DNA from: Mytilus edulis
Lineage: Eukaryota
Reading direction: 5' to 3'
DNA length: 64,000 nt
Assembly (NCBI RefSeq): GCF_963676685.1
Contig: NC_092354.1
Span: 37,386,001-37,450,000, forward strand
Shown: positions 1 to 12,049 of the stretch, piece after piece
How positions within the stretch are numbered: position 1 is the stretch's first letter
How the letters are laid out: the number at the start of each line of letters is the position of its first letter
Program-made: the position numbers and the translations under genes
The notes under the pieces: generated by a model
The model's database searches: none
Told to the model about the DNA's origin: nothing
Seen by the model: the letters and a program-made list of their open reading frames with translations, nothing else

Positions 1-16
1 GTCATGTACAGAGCTC

Positions 17-238
17 TAAAAAGCGTTGCAAGGGTTCTTGACGTGCAAAAACGTGTAACTATCTTTACACGAGTCATCGAGTTTGATGTTCCAATCAGAC
101 CAGACGACGACGTGTACATTGTACTTGTACAGCGCGTAATGCCAATTGGGACTCCCCACTTTGACCAAGTGATTTTCTGTCGGTTGGAAGTAGACCAGTA
201 GTGACCATACATACACTCCTCATTCATCCTTGTGGGAG
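17..238 (-). mobile_element. Diverged 5' half of the ~430-bp SINE family
   Basis: Reverse complement aligns by eye to the 39388-39600 copy, from the head (tccc-caagg...tatggtcac) through the core (tgcacgt-aagaacccttgcaac). Confidence 0.75.
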
Positions 239-344
239 AGTATGCTATGAGCTAAGGCTATCTGAAAGTCCGAAAAGCGCTGCTACTAAAGTCCGAAAGT
301 CTTTGTTAAATACAGTTGAAGTAATCTAGCCCATCAAAGTTGTC

Positions 345-492
345 TGAATATTTAGGACGAGAACAAATTAACAATTAAAACAAGAGGAATGTTCTGTGAT
401 AGTGGCCGTCTCGGATGAATTTCATTGAGATTTAAACTACCACGGGAACATGAGGATATATTGGGTAGGGACAGAAATTTAACCTTGCGACA
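345..492 (-). mobile_element. Diverged 3' fragment of the same SINE family
   Basis: Contains aggacgagaacaa and gaggatatattgg-tagggacagaaattt, matching the 15909-16312 copy. Confidence 0.65.
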
Positions 493-2434
493 CGCAACTT
501 CCTAGTTAAAATTACCAAGCAGTTAATCATTAAAAATCTATACGCCAGACACGTTTTTTTTTTAAATTTTATTACGGATGTAAAATTATAAAAAGTCTTG
601 TATCATAAATATAAAGTCCTCGAAAGATATTTATTAATGGCAAAATAAATATACACGTAAAATATATCTCATATAAAATGCACGAGTCTTGTGATTTATA
701 TCCAATTCTATTTTTTTACTACAGTCGATTATCATTTATTATGAAGTCTTAATAGCTTCAAAAAGATATTCACGTGCTTTTTCTTTAACTGTGTATAGTT
801 ACCAAAGTCTTTTATTATATAATAACTATAAATCTTCTCGAAAATGACAATATTGAAAAGAACAATAAATAAGAAATTGTAAGCTTGAGACTTGCGATTT
901 ATTTTTGATGGTTGTGTATTTTACCACAATCGATAACTATTTATGACATTCTGAAAATATATATGAATCTTAAAGTTGTTCACATGGTTTTTACTTTTTT
1001 AATTTCAATTACATGTCATAAATGTCAAATACCCTGTTTAATAATGAAAGCCATCACATACATAAATACATTTATTAAAAGTGAGCAAACACGTGTTTCT
1101 ATTATGTAAACAATCACACGTGAGTGTGTGTCCGCATAGTGGTCATCCATTGGTGTTTATGTTTCTAGATAAACCGGTTTGTGTTTTAAAATTTAGATGC
1201 TTGGAACTATGAAATGTCATGCGCATGTACTACCAGTTTGACATTGTTTGGTTGATCATGAATACCTATAAATGCTCATTTCGATTTTTCTATTTTAAAG
1301 GCTGTCGTGTACTACACAGCGGTGTTTCTGGTATCATGATGACATCGGAACTCAATTTTTTGTTTTAATAAAATTATCACAGTAAGCTGCACAAGCTAGC
1401 GAGCAATTCTTATGAAAGAAGTGATATTTTTAAAAATTTTATAAATACTTTATATTCGTTTGAGGTAGCAAATTGATTTTTTCGTGATGTAAAGTACAGC
1501 ATAGGTATCGATAACTTATCAGCATACAAGACTACGGGAAAGTGGACGTTTGAACAGGAAATATTTTATCTGATCCTTGCGTCTGTGATGTCGTACATCA
1601 GTTGTGTACATTGCGAAATAAGACGCTATGGAAATAATATGTCACGAACAATAAATTACTAAATAAACAATAATGAATGGCTGCAAGCAATTTCACATGG
1701 CATTGAAAAAAACCAATCTAAATACAATTAATATATGTATATTTCAGAAGCCAACAAAACCAGTTGCCAAGGTTTTGGTCAATGCCTCCATCTACTCTAA
1801 CATAATCAATACCGGATACCAGGACCACATTACTACAATTATCGATGCAACAACAATAACCATAACCACCATCACTAGTACTAGTCTTTGCAGGCCATGG
1901 TTTCGATGTATATTCTGAAACTGGTCGTTGAAGAGTGGATTTGTTAGTGTAGTTTGAAGAAAGATTACTATATGAAGGAAAATTGTATGCAGATAAACTG
2001 GAATTAAAAAATGTTTAGTGTAAGGATGGTTGATGTGAAGCTGAAAATGAGGTTAAGAATGAGTTTTGGTTAACTGTTGGTTGTGCATAGTTAAAGCTGA
2101 AGTTTTGTGCTTGTGTGCAAGGACAAGCGGTAGCATTAATCAGTTCTGGTGTTAGTTTGGAAGCACTGTTATTTGAGTTAGACATGGTGTTACTGGGCAA
2201 ATTAGGCAAATTGGTTTGTTGAAAATTATTTTCTATTTTGTCAGATTCTGTTGGTGACTCAGCTTTAGTACTGACATTGCTATTCCTCATAGACAGAATA
2301 TTTTCAGTGGCCGCTATTGTGGAATACTAGAACAAACATGATTGTACCGTCTAAGAGAGCATTCTCTACATTAGAGGCTTCCACGATCATTATTTCTTTC
2401 ATTAAAAGAAATATTGTATTTCTACTTTTATTCT

Positions 2435-2650
2435 TTAAGCATTTATTTTAAACCATGTTGGGGCATTGCTGTCAGTGTACATCTTTAATTTATCATGGTG
2501 AAATACTTTCGGTTTGGATTTTGGTGTTACCTGAACCCGGTAAATAACATCATTTAGTTTATGTGTAATAACAAAAGGACCACACCAGTCATTTTGTAAT
2601 TTACGGCTTAAACCTCGCTTTGGTTTTGGGTTATGCAACCACACACATGA
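2435..2650 (-). pseudogene. Ty3/Gypsy integrase C-terminal (GPY/F module) relic
   Basis: Translation WLHNPKPKRGLSRKLQNDWCGPFVITHKLNDVIYRVQ...KVFHHDKLKMY matches the KL..W.GPF.I/H...LK pattern of Gypsy integrase C-termini. No RT or LTR seen. Confidence 0.8.
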
Positions 2651-3218
2651 ACCTACATCATATAATTTATGATAAATCTTATGGTCATATTTTATCTGTT
2701 AACTTAATAGGCCGAAGTTGGGTTCTTTCAGGGATCGTAATCGTTGACGCGCAAAGCATGCCACACTTTCAATTCAATTATATTCAAAATATACTTTGTG
2801 AAAGCAACGCTTAATAACTAGATAGTGACAATCTATTTCCAGAAGTCGAGTTTACCTCATTTTCAGTACTGGTGTAAAATTGCGCGTTCGAAAGATATGA
2901 TCGCGTCTCTAAATCGAATTTGCACCTCCTCTCCATTATACATATAATTGCCAATATCATAAAACAATCAGGAACATGCAAAATATGTTCATGCTGATGA
3001 GGTCAATTTTTAAAACAAAGAAAAATCATATTTTAATCAACAAACATGTTATAATGGCATGTCCAACACAGAAAATAAAGTTACGTACAATGTTATTTAG
3101 TACTGTTTTTTGGCCTAATACAACTAACATTTTAATTTAAAGGATGCACACGAATGCGGCCACCTTCGTTTTTTTTCTTCAAAAACCATCTAAAAAGTGA
3201 CATTTTTACACGAAAACC

Positions 3219-3432
3219 GTGTGGATTTTCTACAAAATTCTTGATTTATTTGCCACAAAGTCCTCTTTTGTTATTAAATACAATGGAACAGTAAAAATAA
3301 TGCTTTGCATCAAGTTTCCCCTTGGAATATGTACTAAATGGTCTTTCTCTATTATTCATTTTATCTGTAATTTTGATACAATTGAAGTTTGAAAAGTTCG
3401 TACCAAAATTGCTACAGAAGGGTACATAAACC
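3219..3432. mobile_element. Single arm of the long-TIR MITE family also found at 37083-37820
   Basis: Near-identical to 37605-37820 and ends ...gaagggtacataaacc|ttaa. Confidence 0.8.
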
Positions 3433-3913
3433 TTAACTAAAAATGCTAGAATTTTGAAGATTTCAGTGATTAAGCTGGACTTAATGGTGCTAGTACACGA
3501 TATATGTTCACTGTATTGTCAAAAAAACAGCTCATATTTATGTAGCAGAAGCATTCTACTGTCCAATAAATAACTAAAAGTTTACAGTTTATCAATTTTG
3601 TAAAACTGCTATATTTTGCGACCAAAAAGAGGTTTTTCCGAACCTACTCCTTTGCACTTTTCAAATAATAATAATTCCGTAAATTGTATGTCTTTCAAGA
3701 TTTGAAAAACAGTTTTCTAAATTCTTCAAACGACGTTTAAGAAGTGGAAAACAACTTATTATAATCTCTTTCCAATTTGCGGATGCGAGTGCTGCTTTAA
3801 GGCGGCACTGACTTGTAATCGAATTTACAAGGATGTCTTTTACGTTTCAATTTTGTGAAAAGTTGAAATAGAATTGCTATCTTCAAAATCCCCACAAAGG
3901 CCACTGGAGAAAC

Positions 3914-4435
3914 GAAATATTTTCTTCTCCAGACCGGCAGTAAAACGCTTACCGGAATGGGGCGTCCGTTGGGCTCTGCGGAATGTATCTAGTTCTCGCA
4001 GTCACGTCCGGTCAGAATGGGGACGTTAAATATGATGCCTCGTGTTGAGAGAGTGCCACGCTCTTTACACGTTAAGAATCCTTGCAACAACTCTTCGAGG
4101 GGTCCGTAGTTGGCCTGTTGTAAGGCAAAAGTTCTGTCTCTACCCAATATACGGGGGGTCTATGTTTTTTTTTTGGAAAAAAAGTTTGTTTCCAGTTTTT
4201 GGAGAAAAAAATAATTTGTTTTTCATTCTGAGAACAAAAAATTGTTTGTTTCACCCTTAGCTGCCACTATATGTTATGCTGAAATTGAAAGAAAGAAATT
4301 GTTTTCGACTTGTAGCCAGATGGCCTCTGTTATTTCTTGACCTACCTATAGTATTTATTGTGAACTTGTTCTCGTCCTGAATATGCATTACATATGTGCC
4401 ACTGAACGTTAAGGAAACAACAATCAATCAATCAA
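3914..4435 (+). mobile_element. SINE copy with an internal replacement at 4153-4315
   Basis: Matches the 39388 copy on both sides of a ~163-bp T/A-rich foreign block and ends in caacaatcaatcaatcaa. Confidence 0.85.
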
Positions 4436-4899
4436 GCTTTTACATCGTTCTACAAATGCCCAATAATTATCATATCTTTGTGTTAATGAAATCCCATTAT
4501 AATATTTCGGAATAAAGGAATTATTTGTAATTTGTTTCTTGTTTATCAAGACGCTTGTTGAAGTTTTTGATTTCAGAGAGATCCCTTTGATCCTCTCCCT
4601 ATAAAAACCTTGGCAAAAATGCAGTAATTCATTTGTGGGAAAAAATTGTCGTCAGATCATGTTTTATCATTATTTTGGTAATAAAAACAGCAATAATTAG
4701 TGAAAGGAAGATGAAATTAATTTCAATGAGGCGTTGTTATTGAATTCTCTTCATGGTGGTGCCATAAACAGGATGTGTACATGTTTTGTTAAATATTTTT
4801 TTGTTTTCGTGCTGAAGTTCTGGTTGTGGAATAATCATCCCATTGCATATGGAACGTTGGAAATGAAATAAAAAAACAACAACATTTAATTAAAAACAA

Positions 4900-5645
4900 G
4901 AGTAAGTACTCCCTTCTGATTGGTTGAATTTGTTTTTCCACAGCAGCTTGGTGTTGTCCTATTTCCAGCACCCAAATGTCCATGGGTCCACAGACTATAT
5001 TGTCTATAGGTAGCATATCTATGACATTTGTTATAATCCTCATCGCCGTTTTGTTGAGCCATAAAATTGTTCCTATAACGGATTGCAACCTCTAAAACGA
5101 GAGCACAAAGCACCACATTACTAAATTCACGAAAAAGAAAACATTTTAAAACTTAACTTCTATAAAAGTAAAACTGGAGAAAGATGATTTTTCAAACAGA
5201 TTATTATGAATTTAATGTTGACATTATTTTTTGTTAAAGAATGGATATAATAAAGAATGAATTTTCACAAAATGACGATAACATGAATTAGTTTACATCC
5301 TCTATATATGGACTCAAGTGGATATTTGACTCATATGCAATCATACCACATCTCTTTATTTCTATATTGATCTCTAGGTAAATAACTAATAGTACTTACT
5401 GGTAAACGTGAATGACAGTTGTTTTGGAGTTATCTGCAACACACCCTCTCTTGCTCTGTGGGCATATCCCTACACAAAACTACATCTACACCAGGTAGGT
5501 TGGTTGTTATTACTTTCCTCAGGGTTGGTCATTAGGCTGTAATGAGGTTCTGTTTAATATGGTGAACATGAGGGATGGCTGTGAACGGCATGCCTCAAGA
5601 AATGTAAGTCTTATGTCCTCTTCTGACAATAGGCTTACACAATGC
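4900..5645 (-). pseudogene. P2X7 cytoplasmic-ballast-like / Kolobok KolX-like two-exon gene relic
   Basis: Exon 1 reads PTWCRCSF(fs)CRDMPTEQERVCC...NCHSRLP followed by a gtaagt donor near 5399. Exon 2 reads VLEVAIRYRNN...NKCHRYATYRQYSLWTHGHLGAGNR..PSCC, fitting the R..AYRQ...W.HG.LG..NR..PSC signature. Frameshifted. Confidence 0.8.
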
Positions 5646-6834
5646 TTAAATTTAATATTTGATCATTATTGTTATAGACAGACTTGGTTTCTACATCTTT
5701 ATGAAATAATAAATAAGTCAATATAACTGTTTGAATTTAATTCAAAACAAAAATATGCCTAAAGAAAAGAAGTTCTATTGACTGATTTTTGTTTGCCCTT
5801 TGTACAGCGGTTATGTTTTTTTTTTGTGTGCAGGACTAGAAAAAATTCAGAACCCCTCCTATCCCAGTTATTGCCTTATGTCCTTGCCATTTTTTAATTC
5901 ATATTCAGAACTATTAAAAAAAAGACGAGATCATACGTAGAGATGGACGGCTAGACATTTTAAATTATCCGATAACACATTTGAATGAAGATGAGTTTGC
6001 CCTACTTCCAGAGACCAAAAACAGTCTGGTTCCCGAGCAGCTCATAAACAAAAAAAGTGGACTGGTAAAAAAGGGTAAAAAAAATAAGGAAATATGATAG
6101 AGACAAAATAAAATGTCTTGCAAAAAAATTTGTGAAGTGGGAAATCGCACTGGGCTACGAACAGAAAGGTTCCTGGTTCTATGATGGTGTAGTGGGGAAC
6201 ATCTCAATGACTGAGTTTTCGACTCTCCTTTGAATCAATTTGCGATTATATTTTTGGGAAACGTCGGAATTGGGCAATAAATGTCTGAGCTTTTTAAAAA
6301 AGTGAAATTTCTCTTTGCTAAATATGTAGATTTTGAAAAAAAAGAGCCGGCTAATGCCGTTACAAGGTAGCGCTAACAGCAGCAAAGTGGAAAGGCAATA
6401 CTGTAAGTTGTTATTACTGTTTAAACAAAACAGACCACCGACTGACCCATGAAGCAGTTGTAGCAATACAGTAGCGCATGCGATTTTTCTTGTTCCGTTA
6501 TTGACACACATGTAAATGTATACATCACGCAAATCCAACCCCCAAATATCCACGTTATCTGTAGTTTCAAAAGAATATGCATGTATCATACCCTTGTATG
6601 TGGAAGACCAAGAAGGAGGGGGTTATTGTATTGTGGTTTGCGCATAAAAAAAAATATGACTCAAACAAAAAAGACATAAACCCCCTTGAAGTGTAATGGT
6701 TATTCCCTAAAACGTACAAGATTGCTTTCCACAGCGACATTAATCATGATTTTGAGACTTACTTATATATTTCAATGAGAAATTAAAAGAAAAAGAAATT
6801 TTAGCGTTAAACAGAATACCTGTAACTGTGTATC

Positions 6835-7200
6835 GCGGGTGTTCCTCGATAACTGTGCCAAATGGGCTCTGTTTTCTACAGGTTTACTTTGGGCACCACC
6901 CCGCTGTCCGCCTCTGCCCCTTTTACGTATTTCTCTTCCTCTACCTCAGGCGCAATCACCCCTTCCTCTTAAATCTTGCTCAATAGGACTATCCTAACTT
7001 TGTGAACGTGATGTACTTCTCGAATGGTCTGAATTCTATAATTTTTATAAATTAAGGTTAGGGAACAGGAATGCACTTCATGTCTTGATTGCCTGGCAAA
7101 TATATATGTCCATTCATTTTTTAGTTTGTATGAAGGTTTTGAAGGTTTAATCTTTTTCCAATCAGAGTCGGGAATCACAGTGGAACATTATACCTTTTTT
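6835..7200 (-). pseudogene. Possible NOF/MULE-like transposase N-terminal relic
   Basis: Translation IPDSDWKKIKPSKPSYKLKNEWTYIF...CSLTL resembles the W..I.P...L...WT..F...C.L pattern as I recall it. Highly degraded. Confidence 0.3.
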
Positions 7201-7789
7201 TCTCAAACAAAATAGTGTGTTCTTCAGAAAGCTTCCGATTCATTGTGATTGTCAACCTGTATTATATGGTAAACATCATGTAGTAAGCTTTTCATTTCTA
7301 GAGTGGTATTGTTTTTGTCGACGCTGTGAAAACTTTCATAAATTCCGTCATTTAATATATTGTCAAGTGTCCTCTTCTTTCTTTTGTGTTTCACTGTCAT
7401 CTAGCTCTTCTTTGTCACTGTTTCCAAATTATTTTCTTCATAGTCTGTTTTAGAATCCATTGGCTTCTTAATATTATTTTTTACAGTCCCCTTGTTATTC
7501 ATCATTTGATTCGCATTTCCGATTGTTCGTTTGGTGTCTGCTTTTAACTCTTTACCATCTTCGTTTATGTATCATACCATTCGTTTTTTCTTCTTTTTGT
7601 CCATTGTAAGTTATATTATTAGTTTTTCGATAAACAGGACTCTGAAAGATTAGTTTTGCCCTTTTTGTGCAAATGTGTTTCATTGGAGATGTGGAGTGTT
7701 CAGTAACCATCCCGTATTACCATATCCCACCAGAGGGCTACATTAGTAGACGAAACATTAGAAATATTTTTCTGTCATTTAGTGTCGTC

Positions 7790-8285
7790 CAGGTCATTTA
7801 TTTGTATTGCAGTCCTGTAATATAATGTTGTTATTTGAATGTTACGTTTAACATTGCAATTAAAGTGCGAGGTTTGGAATGCCACAAAACCAGGATCAAC
7901 CCACCATTTTTTCATGTAAAAATGTCCTGTACCTAGTCAGGAAGATGGCCATTGTTATATTATTGTTCGTTTCTGTGTGTGTTACATTTTAACGTTGTGT
8001 CGTTGTTTTCTCTTATTTTTTAGTGTAAATTCACATTGCGATAAGACGTGTCACGGTACTTATATATCCCAAATTCATGTATTTGGATTTGATGTTATGT
8101 TTGTTATTCTTTTGGAATTTTGTCTGATGCTTGGTCCGTGTCTTTGTGTGTTACATTTCAGTGTTGTGTCGTTGTTCTCCTCTGATATTTAATGCGTTTC
8201 CCTCGGTATTAGTTTGTTACCCCGGTTTTGTTTTTTGTCCATGGATTTGTGAGTTTTAAACAGCGGTATACTACTGTTGCCTTAA
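7790..8285 (+). mobile_element. Helentron-associated non-autonomous element (HINE-like), family 1
   Basis: Internal repeated gtgtgttacattt..gttgtgtcgttg blocks and a terminal hairpin acagcggtatactactgt followed by tgcct. Related copies at 25395 and 27298. Confidence 0.65.
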
Positions 8286-8806
8286 TTCATCCATGTGATA
8301 TGAATATACGAGACTGTAAATAATCCAGGTGATAATATGGGATGTGTTGACCTTTTCTTTGTGCGTTTGGTTTCGATCCTGTATTTTGTAGTTATCAATG
8401 GTATAGTTTCCTCTGTGGCAAATAGTTGGCATTGTCGAAAAAAACGATCCCTCCACAGACACAGCATGATTCACAATCTGAGGTGTTGTGTATTTTGCCA
8501 CTAACAAATGGTGACTGTGCACTTAAATTTAACTCTTTCATGATTGGGATACATAAATTCAGGAATTCAATTCAAGGTTTTTAAAAGTTTAAAAATAAAG
8601 GGACTTGTTGCTCTAAAAGCACACTATTTTGGGAAAAAAATCTCCAATCGGAAAAGATTTCAAAGATTCTGTTGTTATAATGTAAAGAACCACAAACTAG
8701 GTAATTGCTTGGTAATACCGATAAAAGTCATTCAATATATCTGTCATAGCAGGTTGATAAGTGGAAATAAACTCATCATAGACACTAGAACTAAATGTTA
8801 GTTTTT

Positions 8807-9704
8807 TCATGTCTTGTAGCAATTAATTGTGAAATTATTGTCTATTCCATTCATTTCAATGTTCGGATATTCTCCTGAGATATGTCTATACCCTTCAAGG
8901 CCTTCATAGTCTATACCCTTCAAGGCCTTCATAGCTGGAATACTGTAAACCAACTTAATTTCGCGAGCGATTAATTTTCGCGACTTTCGCGAGTAGAAAA
9001 ATAACGCGAAATTAAATCGTCGCGAATATGTATAACTTGTATCTGTCCTTATCAAAACGCATATAGTTAATTAGAAAATCGCGAAATTAAATCCCCGCGA
9101 AGTGAACTAGCTGGGAATAAACGCGAAATATAGTATCTGCGAAAATAAGTTGGTTTACAGTATATTGATAACTGCAGGGCTGTTTCTAACGCTGTTACTG
9201 TATAAGTGAATTCCTGTTCCGGTGGTGTGGTTGTTTCCTCTGGTTGTGATTCTTTTTCCTCCTCGTCACTGCTGATGTATAAATCTTCTCCAAGATCTAT
9301 AGTATTATTGTCGAGATCTGATTTAGCTATAACTCGGAAAGTAGGTGGTTTTTTCCAATCGATTTTCTTCGTAGCCTTCATTGGCGGTTTCCACGGCTTG
9401 ATTTTTTCGGCTAATTCTCGTGGTGTTTTGTCCTCTACAATAAGTCCCTTTGAATTGAATATATTGTGATCTGTTTTCATATGCCTATGTGCCGAGTCCC
9501 TCCTAATAAAGGATTTGTTGCACCAGGAACATGAATAAAGGATTTGTTGCACCAGGAACATGAAAAATTGGTTACTGTCGGTCTGTGGTATGTGTTAAAA
9601 TGTCTTCTTAAACTGCTCACCTTTTTGTAGTTCTTTTGGCATCGGGTACAGTTTAAGGAAAGCGGTTCTTGCGGTTTACGTAGAGTTGTTTTCGTTTAAG
9701 CCAT
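8807..9704 (-). pseudogene. Disrupted ORF encoding two C2H2 zinc fingers (207 aa reconstructed), directly after the Penelope-like ORF
   Basis: Fingers CTRC-QKNYKKVSSLRR-HFNTYH and CSWC-NKSFIRRDSAHR-HMKTDH. The frame is restored by removing MITE 8943-9160 plus TA and the 29-bp (9505-9562) and 25-bp (8884-8933) tandem duplications. One TAA remains at codon 3. Confidence 0.8.
8943..9160. mobile_element. TA-TSD MITE (Tc1/mariner-type target)
   Basis: TIR ctgtaaaccaactta (15 bp perfect, 22 bp with one mismatch), TA on both sides, internal cgcgaa repeats. Confidence 0.9.
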
Positions 9705-11118
9705 TATCTTCTTAAGTTGAGTCCCCACGGCGATAGTTAATATATATGCTTCTTCTGTGCGTAGTCGTGTATTGACGTTGGCAACGGTGGTTTTGATGCC
9801 CGTTATTGTTACGTCGTTGGTATTGTGTCCTTCTGCGATAAAATGCTTCGAAACGGGTTTATGTTCTTTTTTATTTCATGTGCCCGTAAAATCTTTCACA
9901 AATGGTGTTCCCTATTTGACCTATATATTGTTTGTTGCATTTTTTGCATTTGATTATATATATAACGCTGGTGGTTAAGCATGTGATCGGTTCTGTGATT
10001 TTAATTGTTTTTTCGTTTGAGTGGCTTTTTATTTCTGTTGAATGGGTCATCTTTGTGCAGATATGGCAATTCCGGCCGCACGGCCGGTTTCCTTTAGGTA
10101 GCAATACACAGTTAGAAGTTTAGTTTCGCATTATGGCCCCTGTGAATTTTTTAAATGTGAAAGTTTTTGTACAATAAAATTGATTTTTAGATAACTGAAG
10201 AATAATATAGCCTTCTTAGTGGGTTTATATGAACATTTAGATTGATTTTAACATGTTTTAAAGGCCATTTCTATGATTGACAGTCCGTATTTTCCTATCC
10301 GTACCGTTCATAGGTCCATAAATTATTGTAGTGTTTATCGACAAAGATTTTGCGCTCGATCTTTTCAATTCAATTTTATGGAAAAACGAGCAGGAAAGCA
10401 TATGATTTTTTTTGGACCACTTGATAGACATAAACCTATGGATTCAGGAAAGGTATCACTGTAATTCATTGAAATTTTCCTTTAGATCAAATTTTGGAGA
10501 CTTTTGTGACATGTTTACCCCCCTTTTTTGCTATATTTTGTATCTAAGAAATGCAGATTGTTGCCATGGTTACACCTAAAAGGGATTATATTTCACCCTT
10601 ATGACCATTAGAAATCAAATCTATGGAAGATTTTCTTTCTATAAGTATATACATGCATAACACACATATAAAGCCTTCTTTGTTAGACAGGAGGGGAAAG
10701 AGGGTGTTCAAAAATTATGAGTGTCAATTTTAAGTTTTTTTCCTAACTGTGTATTGCTACCTTAGGGATTAACGGCTTTATGTCTGTGTTCACTAATAAT
10801 TGGCGTAGGCTGGTGGTTTCACGTGTGGTTACATCAAATTTCATACGGGACATATGGTATGTTTCTGGTGATCTTTCTAAGATGTCTTTCCGTTGGTTAA
10901 TAATTTTTCTTATTTTAGGGTTGTATGGGTGGTGGGTGATAATGAATTGTACATTTCCTTCTGTGGTTCCCATTCTTGGTGTGAAGAGTTCGTTCCGATC
11001 TTTTTCGTTTGCATTTTTGATAGCCTTTTCTATGATTTCCGGGGGTAGCCTCTTTTTATAAAGTTTTCTTTCATCTTCTGTGTGTGTAACTGGTAATCAT
11101 CTATTGTACTGCATGTGA
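9704..11118 (-). pseudogene. Penelope-like retroelement 3' part: RT thumb/HTH, Cys linker, GIY-YIG endonuclease
   Basis: Motifs in order: KRGYPPEIIEKAI; ITHHPYNPKIRKII; SLRQLLV; PCGRNCHIC; VIYIIKCKKCNKQYIGQ...ERFYGH; PVSKHF...GH; RLRTEEAYI; PWGLNLRR*. Interrupted by the MITE at 10097-10761. Confidence 0.9.
10097..10761. mobile_element. MITE with 3-bp TTA TSD (PIF/Harbinger-type)
   Basis: 19-bp TIR ggtagcaatacacagttag with TTA at 10094-96 and 10762-64. Excision rejoins the Penelope frame as KPLIPK-GNRPC. Confidence 0.88.
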
Positions 11119-11191
11119 CATTTTTTTTGATAATTGTAAAAGATGTTACCTTAAATCGATCAAAATTCTCGTGACTGAATGAGCAGACAAC

Positions 11192-12049
11192 TTAGCTGGC
11201 GTACGATGGTCTGTTTGAAACGAGATCATTCGAAACAGAAGCTATCTGTTTAGCTTCTGGGTAACTAATGTTTTTTTCTGTTTTAATTTTAATAATATTT
11301 TTTTCTTTAAGGTAAACAGGGCAGTCCCTAGACGATGAAAAATGGGATTCACTACAGTTTACGCATTTAGAAGATTCAGAGCTACAGTTTGTTCCCTCGT
11401 GTCCTTCGTCAGAACACTTGAAACATCTCTGCTTACCACGACATTGTTTGCTTCCATGACCAAACTTTTGACAAGTAAAGCATCGAACTGGTTTTGGGAT
11501 AAACATGTCAACTCTGATTCCGAAGCAACCTAAAGTAATAGATGGAGGAGGAGTTGGAGTTCTAAAGGTCACAAGATAAGTATTTAATTTGATTATATTT
11601 CCATTCTTTTTAATTTGAAATCTTATAACATCAGTTACACCTTGGCTTGAAAGTTCCTCACCGATTTCTTCCACGGTAAGGTCACCAAGGTATTGACTTC
11701 TGTCTCGAATGTTCCCCTTACAGCTGTTCAAACTGTTATGAGGAGAGGCAGAAACAGGAACGTTTGATATTGTAGACATTGTAAGTAAATTTGTTGATTG
11801 ACTTTTGTTGGAACATTCAACCAACAAATTAACAGATCTCATTTTTGAAACTTTTTTAACAGTACCAGCAACGCTTTGAATTTGTTTATGAATTACAAAG
11901 GGCGATATTTTTGAAATTGGTTTTTCTTCTGATCCTTTTATTACAATAAATCTGGGCCAACTGTCATCTTCCCGACAGGGCTCTGAATCATCACATTTTC
12001 TTTTCTTATGTATTAAAGCTGATTTAGAGGGTTTGTTTTGTTGTGCCAT
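11192..12049 (-). CDS. LINE (I/Nimb clade) ORF1 gag-like nucleic-acid-binding protein, probably 3'-truncated
   Basis: ATG at 12049 (MAQQNK). Contains WPRFIVI...SPFVIHK and three knuckles CFTCQKFGHGSKQC, CFKCSDEGHEGTNC, CVNCSESHFSSSRDC, ending KIKTEKNISYPEAK...SYAS. No ORF2 follows. Confidence 0.9.
   Translation of the reverse strand: MAQQNKPSKSALIHKKRKCDDSEPCREDDSWPRFIVIKGSEEKPISKISPFVIHKQIQSVAGTVKKVSKMRSVNLLVECSNKSQSTNLLTMSTISNVPVSASPHNSLNSCKGNIRDRSQYLGDLTVEEIGEELSSQGVTDVIRFQIKKNGNIIKLNTYLVTFRTPTPPPSITLGCFGIRVDMFIPKPVRCFTCQKFGHGSKQCRGKQRCFKCSDEGHEGTNCSSESSKCVNCSESHFSSSRDCPVYLKEKNIIKIKTEKNISYPEAKQIASVSNDLVSNRPSYAS

Noticed and set aside
7726-7740. CTCF-like motif ccaccagagggcta
   Set aside because: A single short match inside decayed TE sequence cannot be supported as functional.
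10030-10096. Selenocysteine-recoding (Naiad-type) Penelope element
   Set aside because: The linker cysteines are ordinary TGC codons with no in-frame TGA. The stops seen are TAA lesions.
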